The notes: generated by a model from the letters alone, not told the origin. A stretch of DNA of 64,000 nt from Acidimicrobiales bacterium (GCA_039915945.1 JBDSMH010000017.1:1824-65823); one strand, 5' to 3'; positions 28,449-40,346 are shown, numbered from the stretch's first letter. Program-made: numbers and translations.

Positions 28449-30356
28449 ATGAGACCCGGCGGCCCGATGATGATGATGCATTCGATGGGCGATCCCGATG
28501 CCCCTCGCAGCGCCAAGCTCAAAGCCGGCACGGCGCGCCGAGTGCTCGCCTACACCACTCGCTACCGGGGCATGCTCATCGGCTTCGTCGTCGTCATCGT
28601 GATCCAGGCGGTACTCCAACTGCTGCCCGCGCTGCTCTTCCGGCGCATGATCGACCACGCCATCCCTTCCCACGACCGTCCCGAGCTCAACCTGCTCGCC
28701 GCGCTCATCTTGGGAGGCGCCTTCTTCGAGGCGGTGCTCTCGTTGTTCGAGCGCTATTGGTCGTCGCGCATCGGCGAGGGCCTCATCTACGACCTGCGGG
28801 TGACGCTGTTCGACCACGTCCAACGCATGCCCATTTCCTTCTTCACGCGCACCCAGACCGGCGCCTTGGTCAGCCGCATGAACAACGACGTGATCGGCGC
28901 GCAGCGGGCCGTCACCGGCACGCTCGGCTCGGTCGTCTCCAACTCCATCACGCTGACCACCGTGCTCATCACGTTGTTCATCCTCCAGTGGCAACTCACG
29001 CTGTTGGCCCTCGTGCTGCTGCCACTGTTCTTGCTCCCGGCCAAGCGAGTCGGTAGGCGGCTACAGACGATCACTCGCGAATCGATGAACCACAACGCGG
29101 CGATGAACACGCAGATGACCGAGCGGTTCAACGTCGCCGGCGCGCTGCTGGTCAAGCTGTTCGGTCGGCCCAAGTCCGAGGTCGACGAGTTCTCCGGGCG
29201 CGCCGATCGCGTGCGGGCCATCGGTGTCAGCTCCGCGATGTACAGCCGCGTCGTCGTGGTCGCGCTGACACTCGTCGGTGCCGTCGGCACTGCTGCGATC
29301 TACTGGATCGGCGGGCAGCTGGCGATCTCCGGTTCGCTCACCACCGGCACGCTGGCGGCGATGGGCATCCTCGTGGCTCGCATCTACATGCCGCTCACCA
29401 GCCTCACCAATGCTCGCATCGACGTCATGTCCGCCATGGTGTCCTTCGAGCGAGTCTTCGAGGTGCTCGACGCGCCCAACACCATCAGCGACAAGCCCGA
29501 TGCGACGACGCTCGACGACGTCAAAGGTGCGATCGAGTTCGACCATGTCACGTTCCGCTACCCGCGCGCCGACGAGACATCGGTGCCGTCGCTCGAGCTC
29601 AGCTCGGTGCACAACTACGCCGGCGAAAACGTCGAGGTACTGCGCGATATCAATCTGTCCATCGCGCAGGGGCAACTGGTCGCGCTCGTCGGCCCTTCGG
29701 GCGCGGGCAAGACCACCCTTGCATCGCTCGTGCCCCGGCTCTACGACGTCACATCCGGCGCGGTGCGCATCGACGGTCACGACGTCCGCGATCTGACACA
29801 GGCGAGCGTGCACGACGCCATCGGTGTGGTGTCGCAAGATCCGCATCTCTTCCACGACACGGTGTTGTCCAATCTCCGCTACGCCCGCCCCGACGCGACC
29901 TTCGACGAGATTCAAGCCGCCTGCCGGGCCGCGCAGATCCATGACGTCATCGCGGCGCTGCCCGATGGCTACGACACCCTTGTCGGCGAGCGCGGCTACC
30001 GACTGTCGGGCGGCGAAAAGCAGCGCCTCGCCATCGCCCGCATGTTGGTCAAAGATCCGGCCATCGTCGTGCTCGACGAAGCAACGAGTCACCTCGACAG
30101 CGAAAACGAGTCACTGGTGCAGCAGGCGCTGGCCAATGCCCTCGCCAATCGCACCGCCATCGTCATCGCGCATCGCCTGTCGACGATCACCAATGCCGAT
30201 CAGATCGTGGTCATCGATGAAGGCCGTGTCGTCGAGCGCGGCCGCCACGAAGAGTTGCGGGCGGCCGGCGGTCTCTATGCCGACCTCTACAACACGCTCG
30301 TGCGCGACCACGGCTCGCACGACATCATCGACAACATCGACGCCCCGGTTGCTTAG
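28449..30356 (+). CDS. ABC transporter, fused permease/ATP-binding exporter (MsbA-like)
   Basis: Six-TM N-terminal domain. Walker A GPSGAGKTT, signature LSGGEKQR, Walker B IVVLDEATS. Confidence 0.92.
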   Translation: MRPGGPMMMMHSMGDPDAPRSAKLKAGTARRVLAYTTRYRGMLIGFVVVIVIQAVLQLLPALLFRRMIDHAIPSHDRPELNLLAALILGGAFFEAVLSLFERYWSSRIGEGLIYDLRVTLFDHVQRMPISFFTRTQTGALVSRMNNDVIGAQRAVTGTLGSVVSNSITLTTVLITLFILQWQLTLLALVLLPLFLLPAKRVGRRLQTITRESMNHNAAMNTQMTERFNVAGALLVKLFGRPKSEVDEFSGRADRVRAIGVSSAMYSRVVVVALTLVGAVGTAAIYWIGGQLAISGSLTTGTLAAMGILVARIYMPLTSLTNARIDVMSAMVSFERVFEVLDAPNTISDKPDATTLDDVKGAIEFDHVTFRYPRADETSVPSLELSSVHNYAGENVEVLRDINLSIAQGQLVALVGPSGAGKTTLASLVPRLYDVTSGAVRIDGHDVRDLTQASVHDAIGVVSQDPHLFHDTVLSNLRYARPDATFDEIQAACRAAQIHDVIAALPDGYDTLVGERGYRLSGGEKQRLAIARMLVKDPAIVVLDEATSHLDSENESLVQQALANALANRTAIVIAHRLSTITNADQIVVIDEGRVVERGRHEELRAAGGLYADLYNTLVRDHGSHDIIDNIDAPVA

Positions 30357-30358
30357 TC

Positions 30359-31795
30359 GTGCTCGACGAGCTGACCCACACGTATTCGGTGGCCGAGCTC
30401 GGTCAGCGGGTGTTCGATGCGCTCGAGACGTGCTTCCCCGACGACGTCTGGGTCCACGGCGTCATCGTCAATCTCAAGCGCAGCCGCAACGGGCACGTCT
30501 ATTTCGACTTGTGTGATCTCGTCGAGGCCGGGCAGCCCCCGTTGGCGACGCTGCCGGTGGCGTTGTTCAAGATGAACAAAGACGTCGTCAACGCGTTGCT
30601 CAAACGCACGGGCAACATCCGCATGGAAGACGGCGTGCAGGTGCGCGTTCGGGGCGTGGTCACGTTCTACGCGCCGACGGGTCGCCTTCAGCTGCGTATG
30701 ACGAGCATCGATCCGTCGTTCACGCTCGGGTCGATGGCCGCCGATCGCGACCGCGTCCTCAAGAAGCTCGCCGCCGAAGGCCTGATCGAGTGCAACCGGT
30801 CGATCCCGTTGAGCGCCGCGCCGTTGCGCGTCGGCCTCGTCACCGCCGCGGGGTCCGCGGCCTATCACGACTTCATGACCGAGCTGACCAACTCCAACAT
30901 CTCGTGGCAGGTGCAACACATCGACGTACAGGTGCAGGGCGTGCGCGCGGAGGCCGCCATCTGCGCTGCACTCGCCACGTTCGCGCAGCGCTCCGTCGAC
31001 GTCATCGCGATGGTGCGCGGCGGCGGTTCGCGCACCGACCTGATGGCCTTCGACAGTGAGCTCGTCGCCCGGGCGATCGCGGCGTCACCGGCCCCGGTTT
31101 TCACCGGCATCGGCCACGAAACCGATCGAGCGATCGCCGACGAAGTCGCGCACGCCTGCTACAAGACGCCCACCGCGTGCGCGCAGGCGCTCGTCGCGTT
31201 GGCGCAGGGCTATGTCCGGGCCTGCGAGACCGCGTGGGCCAACGTCCACCATCGCGCGCAGGCAATTCTCGACGACCACGAACGCGCCACCATCGAACTC
31301 GCCACGAGCACCGCGTCGGCCACGACGCGACTGCTCACTGCGCACCGCCAGCAGAGCCGTCATCTCGCCGAGCGCATCGCGGCCGAGACCAACCACGCAC
31401 TATCGCGGGCCCAGACCCGACTCGACCGCCACCGGGCGACCACCGTCGGCACCGGGCGCCGCCAGCTACGGCAAGCGCAGAGCGGCCTCGATCAACGCGG
31501 CACCGCGTTGCCGTTGCGAGCAGCGCGCGCCATGGCTCGGGCCGAGCGCGCAGTCGACATCACCGCCTCCCGGGTGCGGGCCCACGATCCCGCGCGGTTG
31601 CTCGCCCGCGGGTTCACCGTGACGCGGCGGGCCGACGGCTCCATCGTGCGCAGCACGGCCGGGCTCGCGCCCGACGACGAGTTGCTCACCACCTTCGCCG
31701 ACGGCACGGCCCGGGTCCGGGTCTTGGCGGTCGACCAACTCGCGTCGAGAGACGCCGCCGATCCGGCCGACGAGCGAGTAACAGGGGAAGATTGA
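30359..31795 (+). CDS. xseA: exodeoxyribonuclease VII large subunit
   Basis: YSVAELGQRVFDALETCFPDDVWVHGVIVNLKRSRNGHVYFDL OB-fold N-terminus and RGGGS...D catalytic region. Followed by xseB. Confidence 0.92.
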   Translation: MLDELTHTYSVAELGQRVFDALETCFPDDVWVHGVIVNLKRSRNGHVYFDLCDLVEAGQPPLATLPVALFKMNKDVVNALLKRTGNIRMEDGVQVRVRGVVTFYAPTGRLQLRMTSIDPSFTLGSMAADRDRVLKKLAAEGLIECNRSIPLSAAPLRVGLVTAAGSAAYHDFMTELTNSNISWQVQHIDVQVQGVRAEAAICAALATFAQRSVDVIAMVRGGGSRTDLMAFDSELVARAIAASPAPVFTGIGHETDRAIADEVAHACYKTPTACAQALVALAQGYVRACETAWANVHHRAQAILDDHERATIELATSTASATTRLLTAHRQQSRHLAERIAAETNHALSRAQTRLDRHRATTVGTGRRQLRQAQSGLDQRGTALPLRAARAMARAERAVDITASRVRAHDPARLLARGFTVTRRADGSIVRSTAGLAPDDELLTTFADGTARVRVLAVDQLASRDAADPADERVTGED

Positions 31796-31797
31796 GC

Positions 31798-32052
31798 GTG
31801 GCCTCATCCGACGACAGCGACCATACGAGCGGCCTCGGCTATGCCGACGCCCTCGCCGAACTCGAGGCCATCCTCGACGATCTCGAAGACGACAACATCG
31901 ACATCGATGTCCTCGCAAGCAGGGTCGAACGGGCCAGCCTGCTTATCCGGCTGTGCCGTGACCGCATTGCGTCGGCCCGCACGCAAGTCGACCGCATCGT
32001 GGCCGACCTCGAACAGCTCGGCAACGGCACCGACCCGCCCACGCTCTTGTAG
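31798..32052 (+). CDS. xseB: exodeoxyribonuclease VII small subunit
   Basis: GTG 31798 lies 3 nt after the xseA stop. YADALAELEAILDDLEDDNIDIDVLASRVERASLLIRLCRDRI is the XseB helical hairpin. Confidence 0.85.
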   Translation: MASSDDSDHTSGLGYADALAELEAILDDLEDDNIDIDVLASRVERASLLIRLCRDRIASARTQVDRIVADLEQLGNGTDPPTLL

Positions 32053-32115
32053 CGGCAGAGTCGTAGCGCCAGGGTTGTAGCGCCAGAGTTGTAGCGGCCA
32101 GTTGTAGGGCGCACG
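32047..32115. repeat. tandem array, 14-nt unit TTGTAGCGCCAGAG, about 5 copies
   Basis: TTGTAGCGGCAGAG / TCGTAGCGCCAGGG / TTGTAGCGCCAGAG / TTGTAGCGGCCAG / TTGTAGGGCGCACG. The first unit contains the xseB stop codon, and the array ends 29 nt before the prfC start. Confidence 0.85.
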
Positions 32116-32143
32116 TTGCGAACGGGGGCACGATCGGGTTGGC

Positions 32144-33742
32144 TTGAGCCTCGTGAGCTCGTCCCTTGCCGATCCCGTCGCCGAAACCGCGCGGCGACGC
32201 ACTTTCGCCATCATCTCGCACCCCGACGCGGGCAAGACGACGCTCACCGAGAAGTTCCTCCTCTATGGAGGCGCGCTCGGTGTCGAGGCCGGTTCGGTCA
32301 AGGCGCGCGAGGGCCGGCGCAGCGCAACGTCCGACTGGATGGCGCTCGAGCAACAGCGCGGCATCTCCATCACCTCGACCGTGCTGCAGTTCCCCTACAG
32401 CGGCCACGTCGTCAACCTGCTCGACACCCCAGGGCACCGTGACTTCTCCGAGGACACCTACCGCGTCATCACCGCCGCCGACGGCGCGGTCATGGTGCTC
32501 GACGCCGCCAAGGGCATCGAGCCGCAGACGCTCAAGCTGTTCGAGGTGTGCAAGGCCCGCGGCCTGCCGCTGATCACCTTCATCAACAAGTGGGATCGCC
32601 CCGGCCGTGAGCATCTCGAGCTCATGGACGAGATCGAGCAGCAGATCGGGCTGGTGTGTTCGCCCATCTCGTGGCCGGTCGGCATCGCCGGCGATTTCCG
32701 AGGGGTCATCGACCGGCGCAGCGGCGAGTTCATCCGTTTCACCCGCACGGCGCGCGGTGCCACGATCGCCCCCGAAGAGATCGTCGACGTACAGCAGGCC
32801 GCCGACGAAGAAGGCGGCGTGTGGGCGACCGCGCAAGAGGAGTTGCAGTTCATCGAGGGCGTCACGCCCCCGTTCGATCCCAAGGCGTTCCTCGCGGGCG
32901 AGATGACGCCGGTCTTCTTCGGTTCGGCGTTGACCAACTTCGGGGTGCGGCTGCTGCTCGATGCCGTCATCGACTACGTGCCACCGCCCAGCCCGCGCCT
33001 CGACGTGGACAATGTCCCCCGGTCGCTCGACGCGCCCCTCAGCGGGTTCGTGTTCAAGGTCCAGGCGAACATGAACCCTGCGCACCGAGACCGCCTCGCG
33101 TTCCTGCGCGTGTGTTCGGGTCACTTCGAACGGGGCATGGTGCTCACGCACGGCCGCACCGGCAAGCCGTTCGCCACCAAGTACGCCCACCAGGTCTTCG
33201 GGCAAGAACGCATCACACTCGACGAGGCCTTCCCCGGCGATGTGATCGGACTCGTCAACGCCACCGAGGTGCGCGTCGGCGACACCCTCTTTCTCGACGA
33301 ACCGGTCGAGTTCCCGCGACTCCCGGCGTTCGCTCCGGCCTTCTTCGCGAACGTGCGGGTCAAGGACACGCAGCGCTTCAAACAGTTCCGCAAGGCCGTC
33401 ACGCAACTCGACGAAGAAGGCGTCGTCCAGGTCCTGCGCGACCTCGACATGGGCGATCAGATGCCAATGTTCGCGGCGGTCGGGCCGATGCAGTTCGACG
33501 TGGCGATGTGGCGACTCGAGAACGAGTTCAACGCGCCGGCCACGCTGTCGTCGACCTCCTATTCGCTGGCCCGGCTCACCGACGAGGCCAGCACCCCCAA
33601 GCTGCGTTCGATGCGGGGCGTGACCGTGGTGCAACGCAGCGACGGTGCCCTGCTCGCGCTGTTCGAAAGCCCCTACTGGCTCGAGCGGCTCAAGTCCGAC
33701 AATCCCGAGTTGGTGCTCGACCGTCTCATCGCCGAGGGCTGA
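32144..33742 (+). CDS. prfC: peptide chain release factor 3
   Basis: RRTFAIISHPDAGKTTLTEKFLLYGGA, DTPGHRDF and NKWDR GTPase motifs. 532 aa. Confidence 0.95.
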   Translation: MSLVSSSLADPVAETARRRTFAIISHPDAGKTTLTEKFLLYGGALGVEAGSVKAREGRRSATSDWMALEQQRGISITSTVLQFPYSGHVVNLLDTPGHRDFSEDTYRVITAADGAVMVLDAAKGIEPQTLKLFEVCKARGLPLITFINKWDRPGREHLELMDEIEQQIGLVCSPISWPVGIAGDFRGVIDRRSGEFIRFTRTARGATIAPEEIVDVQQAADEEGGVWATAQEELQFIEGVTPPFDPKAFLAGEMTPVFFGSALTNFGVRLLLDAVIDYVPPPSPRLDVDNVPRSLDAPLSGFVFKVQANMNPAHRDRLAFLRVCSGHFERGMVLTHGRTGKPFATKYAHQVFGQERITLDEAFPGDVIGLVNATEVRVGDTLFLDEPVEFPRLPAFAPAFFANVRVKDTQRFKQFRKAVTQLDEEGVVQVLRDLDMGDQMPMFAAVGPMQFDVAMWRLENEFNAPATLSSTSYSLARLTDEASTPKLRSMRGVTVVQRSDGALLALFESPYWLERLKSDNPELVLDRLIAEG

Positions 33743-33759
33743 GCACTACCCTGCCGGGC

Positions 33760-34746
33760 GTGCGGATCCACAAGCTCACGAGCACTGACGCGTTCGTCGT
33801 ATTCGATCTCGACGGCGCCTCGAGCGCCACTGGCGCGGTGCGGGCCGGCGACAAGATCTTGGCGGCGACCGCCACCGAACTGGCCCGCTGCACCACCTAT
33901 GCGTACGCCAGCTTGGGCCTGCAAAAAGGCGGTGCATCGGCGGGCATCAACGCCCCCGAGGCGGCACGCCACGACGCAATCGCAAAGTTCGTCGCGGAGA
34001 TCGAAAAGCTCACCGTCGACGGCACGTTCCTTCCCGATCACAACAAGTCCGTCACTTCTGCCGATCTCGCGTCGTTGCGACCGCACGACCCGCGCGTCGA
34101 CATCGACGACGACGCACTGATCGCGCAGGCCTGCCTCGACGTGCTCGATGCGCTCGGCTACGACCTGGCTGACGGGCGGGTCGCCATCGAGGGCTTCTCG
34201 CTGTCGAGCCTGCCGCTGCTCGAGTTGCTCGCGCACCAAGATGCCCGCATCGTCGCCGTCGGCACGTCGGCGGGCACGGCCACCAACAGCGCAGGGTTCG
34301 ATGCCGCGGAGTTGCGCGGGCTCATGGCCGCGCACGGCGACGATTGCGTTGCACATCTCAACGGTGACGCGCTACCGGCAAATCGCATCTTCGGCGCCGA
34401 CGCCGACGTGATGTTCGTCGGCTCGCGCCTCGGTGCGCTCAACGATCGATCCGCGCCGTTCGTCAAGGCCCGCACCATCGTCCCGACTGCGCCGTCGCCC
34501 GTCACGGCCAAAGGCTTTGCCCTGCTGCAGCAGGCCAATGTCACCGTCGTCCCCGACTTCGTGGTGATGGCCGCACCGCTCGCTGCCGCGTGGCAGACCG
34601 GTGATCCATCGGCCGCAGTCGCCGGCATCGTGCACGAGATCGTCGACGAAGACGAGGGCCTCTACTTGGCGGCCTGCCATCGCGCCGAAGCATTCTTGCG
34701 CACCTGGTGCGAACGGCTTCCTTTCGGACGACCGCTCGCCGGCTGA
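33760..34746 (+). CDS. Glu/Leu/Phe/Val dehydrogenase-like protein (divergent; catalytic Lys motif altered)
   Basis: GTG 33760. LGLQKGGASAGI aligns to the family GGxK glycine-rich motif with Ser in place of the catalytic Lys. Rossmann-like VAIEGFSLSSLPLLELL...IVAVGTS. Confidence 0.6.
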   Translation: MRIHKLTSTDAFVVFDLDGASSATGAVRAGDKILAATATELARCTTYAYASLGLQKGGASAGINAPEAARHDAIAKFVAEIEKLTVDGTFLPDHNKSVTSADLASLRPHDPRVDIDDDALIAQACLDVLDALGYDLADGRVAIEGFSLSSLPLLELLAHQDARIVAVGTSAGTATNSAGFDAAELRGLMAAHGDDCVAHLNGDALPANRIFGADADVMFVGSRLGALNDRSAPFVKARTIVPTAPSPVTAKGFALLQQANVTVVPDFVVMAAPLAAAWQTGDPSAAVAGIVHEIVDEDEGLYLAACHRAEAFLRTWCERLPFGRPLAG

Positions 34747-34759
34747 GGAGAACAACATC

Positions 34760-35962
34760 ATGGGTTTACGAGGCGACGCGGCGATCGTCGGCATCGCGGA
34801 GTATCGGCCCGAACGCAAGTTCAGCGGCACACCGACGTTCTCGCTCGAACAGTGGGCCGACCTTGCCGCGCAGGCACTCGACGACGCGGGTCTCGATGCG
34901 CGCGACGTCAACGGCATCGCCTGCGCGCACGATGTGCGGGAGTCGGGCTTCTTCGTCCCGGCGACGGTCGCGGAGTACTGCGGGTTCCGCGTCAACTTCG
35001 CCGAACGCCTCGACCTCGGCGGTGCGTCGTCGGTCGGCATGGTGTGGCGCGCGGCAGCCGCAATCGAACTCGGTGTGTGCGACGTCGTCGTGGGTGCCGT
35101 GGTTTCCCAACCGCGTCCGCCTGATCCCACGCCGGGGCCGATCGATCCGCGCGTGTTCTTCGGTTCGTCGTCCAACGAGTGGGGCTCACCGCAAGCCGAG
35201 TTCGAGATCCCTTACGGCAACCTCGCGCAGAACTGTGGCTACGCGATGATCGCGCAGCGCTACGGCCAACAGTTCGGTTACGACCCGCGCGCCATCGCCA
35301 AGCTCGTGGTCGATCAGCGCACGAGCGCCTGCGCAAATCCCGATGCGGTGTTCTTCGGTCATCCGATCACGATCGACGACGTGCTCAACAGCAAGATGGT
35401 TGCCGATCCGATCCACATGCTCGAGATCGTGATGCCGGTCGCCGGCGGCGCGGCCATCGTGATCGCCAGCAAGGACAAGGCGCGGCGGTCGCGCCATCGT
35501 CCTGTGTTCGTCACCGGGTTCGGCGAGCATCTCACGCACAAGACACCGACCTACATGCCCAACCTCGTCGAGACACCGGTCGGCCCCGCGGCTCACCAAG
35601 CGTTCGCCATGTCGGGGCTCACGCCCAACGACGTCGACTGCGTCGAGCTCTACGACTGCTACTCGATCACGGCACTGCTCTCCATCGAAGACTCCGGGTT
35701 CTGTGAAAAGGGCGAGGGCATGGCGTTCGTGCGCGAGCACGACTTGTCCTACAAAGGCGACTTCCCGTGCAACACGCACGGCGGCCAACTCGGCTTTGGT
35801 CAGGCCGGTCTCGCGGGCGGCATGTCGCACGTGACCGAAGCGGTGCGCCAGCTGCGCGGCGACGTCGGTGAGCGCCAAATCGCGGGCTGCGACGCGGTCT
35901 ACGTGTCGGGCACCGGCGGCGTAATGTCCGAACAGTCCGCACTCGTACTGCAGGGCAGCTGA
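34760..35962 (+). CDS. thiolase-like (SCP-x type) protein, partner of DUF35 protein
   Basis: GAGGAG RBS then ATG 34760. AAIVGIAEY...LDLGGASSVGMVWRAAAAIELGVCDVVVGA...CNTHGGQLGFGQAGLAGGMSHV. Confidence 0.82.
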   Translation: MGLRGDAAIVGIAEYRPERKFSGTPTFSLEQWADLAAQALDDAGLDARDVNGIACAHDVRESGFFVPATVAEYCGFRVNFAERLDLGGASSVGMVWRAAAAIELGVCDVVVGAVVSQPRPPDPTPGPIDPRVFFGSSSNEWGSPQAEFEIPYGNLAQNCGYAMIAQRYGQQFGYDPRAIAKLVVDQRTSACANPDAVFFGHPITIDDVLNSKMVADPIHMLEIVMPVAGGAAIVIASKDKARRSRHRPVFVTGFGEHLTHKTPTYMPNLVETPVGPAAHQAFAMSGLTPNDVDCVELYDCYSITALLSIEDSGFCEKGEGMAFVREHDLSYKGDFPCNTHGGQLGFGQAGLAGGMSHVTEAVRQLRGDVGERQIAGCDAVYVSGTGGVMSEQSALVLQGS

Positions 35963-36378
35963 TGGATCTCGAGACCCCGCGTCCGCATCCCACACCGACG
36001 AGCCAGCCCTTCTGGGACGCCCTCGCGCGCGAAGCCGTGGCCATCCAACAGTGTGACGACTGCTCGGCCTGGGTCTACTACCCGAGGGTGCGGTGTCCCC
36101 GTTGCCTCAGCGCTCGGCTGTCGTGGCACGACGTTGCCGGCACCGGCGTCATCCATGCGTTCAGCGTGGCCCGCCAGGCGACCTCGCCGCACTTCTTCGA
36201 TGAAGTGCCGCAACTGCTGGCCATCGTCGAGCTCGACGCGCCGTGCAGTGAGGTTCGCATCACCACCACGCTCGTTGATATCGAACCCGACGCCATTGCG
36301 ATCGGCCTGCGGGTGGTGCCGGTGTTCGACCACGGTGCCGACGGCGTCACGTTGTTGCGCTACCGACGGGCGGGGTGA
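35962..36378 (+). CDS. Zn-ribbon/OB-fold protein (DUF35 family)
   Basis: TGATG overlap with the thiolase-like gene. CDDCSAWVYYPRVRCPRC zinc ribbon followed by an OB-fold. Confidence 0.85.
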   Translation: MDLETPRPHPTPTSQPFWDALAREAVAIQQCDDCSAWVYYPRVRCPRCLSARLSWHDVAGTGVIHAFSVARQATSPHFFDEVPQLLAIVELDAPCSEVRITTTLVDIEPDAIAIGLRVVPVFDHGADGVTLLRYRRAG

Positions 36379-36429
36379 ACAACGGGCACGACTGCGAGAC
36401 GGCGGGCACCATCTGGAACACTTTGGGGC

Positions 36430-38067
<1,638 letters not shown>

Positions 38068-38075
38068 CGCCCGTC

Positions 38076-39008
38076 ATGGTTCGGCCGACGCTCTCGCTGA
38101 CGTTGCCGACATTCGGGTCGACGGTGCCGCCGAATCAGTGGCATCGGCTGTTGGATCTGGCACGTGCCGTCGACGACGCTGGTGTCGATCGAGTTTTGCT
38201 CACCGATCATGTGGTGATGGGCGAGCATCTCGACCGCTATCCGTTCGGCGACTTCCACTTCCAGCCGGACGTGCCGTGGCTCGAACCACTGTCGGCCATC
38301 GCCGCCATCGCCGCGGTGACTCGTCGCGTGCGCATGTCGACAAAGATCCTCATCGCTCCCCTGCGGCCCGCGCCGTTGTTGGCCAAGACGCTTGCAACGA
38401 TCGATCAGATCTCGCAGGGCCGCGTCGAGATCGGAGTTGCGACAGGTTGGCAACGCGAGGAGTACGAAGCGTCGGGCATCGATTGGTCGAAGCGCGGGCA
38501 GTTGCTCTCGGACACGCTCGCCGCATGCCGCGCATTGTGGACGTCGTCGCCGGCGACGTTTCACTCGGCGAGCTTCTCGTTCGCCAGCATCTGGTGTGAA
38601 CCACAGCCTTTCCAAGCCCGTTTGCCGATCTGGATCGCGGGCGGGCCGACACCGCGCAATCTCGAACGCCTCGTCGAACTCGGCGACGGTTGGATCCCGC
38701 CCGCCTACGCGGATCTCGACTCGTTCGCGCGCGACGCGGCGATCGTGCGCGACGCGTGGACGCGGGCAGGTCGTGAAGGCGTACCGCAGATCCAAGGCGA
38801 TCTCGATGTCGTCCTGAGTACGAACGGCCGGCCGGACATTGCCGCGTCGTTGGCCGCCGGTGTGCCGCATCTACTCGGCGCTGGCGCGACGACGGTCAAC
38901 GTGGTGCTCCCGCTGTTCGTCGGGCGACTCGAGCGCGCGCCGGTATTCTTGGACGAGCTGGTGACACGCTGGCGCGAATCGATTGGGGATGTGAGCGACG
39001 ATGGCTAA
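38076..39008 (+). CDS. LLM class (luciferase-like) flavin/F420-dependent oxidoreductase
   Basis: LSLTLPTFG...VDRVLLTDHVV...RMSTKILIAPLRPAPLLAKTLATIDQISQGRVEIGVATGW. Confidence 0.8.
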   Translation: MVRPTLSLTLPTFGSTVPPNQWHRLLDLARAVDDAGVDRVLLTDHVVMGEHLDRYPFGDFHFQPDVPWLEPLSAIAAIAAVTRRVRMSTKILIAPLRPAPLLAKTLATIDQISQGRVEIGVATGWQREEYEASGIDWSKRGQLLSDTLAACRALWTSSPATFHSASFSFASIWCEPQPFQARLPIWIAGGPTPRNLERLVELGDGWIPPAYADLDSFARDAAIVRDAWTRAGREGVPQIQGDLDVVLSTNGRPDIAASLAAGVPHLLGAGATTVNVVLPLFVGRLERAPVFLDELVTRWRESIGDVSDDG

Positions 39009-40332
39009 CACATTGCCGGCAATCACGCCGATGCCTCCGGTGGCGGCTATTGCCATGCCGTGGGACGAATCTATTGTCGATCCGGTGGCTGAGATCGCGG
39101 CAGCGCGCGCCACATGTGGTGACACGTTCGTCGTCGAGAGCGGTGACGATCGGTATCTGTTCTTGTTCTCGCCGGCGGGCGTACACAGCTTCTACGAGTT
39201 GCCCGAGAACGAAGCGAGCAAGGGCTACGCCGACTATCGGTTGTTGGTCCGCAAGCTTCCCGAAGAACTTTTCGTCGGACGGCGCACGATCATGCACACG
39301 CTGTTCGGCCGCGAGGATGTCGCGAGCTACCTGACGCATCTCGATCGGGCGATCGACGTGCAGTTCGAAGAGCTCGGTGATCGCGGTGAGTTCGAGGCGT
39401 TCGCCTTTACGCGACGGCTCGGTCATCGGCTCGGACTGACCTGCTGGGGCGGCGTGGCGCCGACGCGCAGTTCACTGTTCGATGAGTTGGTCGTCGCGCT
39501 CGATGCACTCGACGGTGCGGCCGCGTTCGTGAATCCCGGCGAGATGGCGGCGGTCGCCGCGCAAGGCAAGCGCGCCGAGCGCGACGCGCTCGCTCACGTC
39601 GAGGCGTTGATGATCGATGTGATCCGCGCCCACGACGCCGGCGCCACGGGTGCGAACGAATTGTTCTCGCGCATAGTCAACGCGTGGGGTGACACGGCCG
39701 AGCCCGATCGCTCGATCGGCATCGCGCGCGATGTGATCGTGGCTCACCTCGGTTCGATGTCCAACCTCTTCGCCGCAATGGGGTGGATGATCGTCCACCT
39801 CGTCGAGCGGCCCGCGGTGTTGGCGCGTGTGCGCGACGGCGAGGCGGGGTTCGTCGAGAAGTGCGCGCTCGAGTCGACTCGCATCGCGCAGCGTTCGATC
39901 ATGCTGCGGTCGGTGATGGCGCCGACGAGGGTGTCAGACGAGAACGCCACCTACGAGGTCGCCGCCGGAGCCATCATCGGCACGCTGCTCCCGCTGACCA
40001 ATACGACCGCCATGCCCGGCCTCGACGGATACGACCCCGATCGGTGGCAACGGCGGCGGTTGCGCGACGAGCGACTGCTGCCGGCGCGTGAACTCGTCAC
40101 GACGTTCGGCCACGGCTCACACACCTGCCCGGCCCAGCCATTCTCCCTGTCGGCGATGTCGAAGTCGGCGTCCCGCCTGGTCGAGCGCTATGACCTCGAG
40201 GCCGCGTTCGACAACCCCCGCCCGGTGCAAGGCCAGATCGGTGGCGTAGCCCGCAGCCAGAACCCGTGCACGATCCGGTATTCGGCACGTGAGACGAAGA
40301 ACTCACGTTCAGGCGCGGCCGACGGTCGCTAG
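39001..40332 (+). CDS. cytochrome P450
   Basis: ExxR (ESTR) and heme loop FGHGSHTCPAQ. The ATG overlaps the LLM stop by 8 nt. Confidence 0.9.
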   Translation: MANTLPAITPMPPVAAIAMPWDESIVDPVAEIAAARATCGDTFVVESGDDRYLFLFSPAGVHSFYELPENEASKGYADYRLLVRKLPEELFVGRRTIMHTLFGREDVASYLTHLDRAIDVQFEELGDRGEFEAFAFTRRLGHRLGLTCWGGVAPTRSSLFDELVVALDALDGAAAFVNPGEMAAVAAQGKRAERDALAHVEALMIDVIRAHDAGATGANELFSRIVNAWGDTAEPDRSIGIARDVIVAHLGSMSNLFAAMGWMIVHLVERPAVLARVRDGEAGFVEKCALESTRIAQRSIMLRSVMAPTRVSDENATYEVAAGAIIGTLLPLTNTTAMPGLDGYDPDRWQRRRLRDERLLPARELVTTFGHGSHTCPAQPFSLSAMSKSASRLVERYDLEAAFDNPRPVQGQIGGVARSQNPCTIRYSARETKNSRSGAADGR

Positions 40333-40346
40333 AATTCACCGACCTC

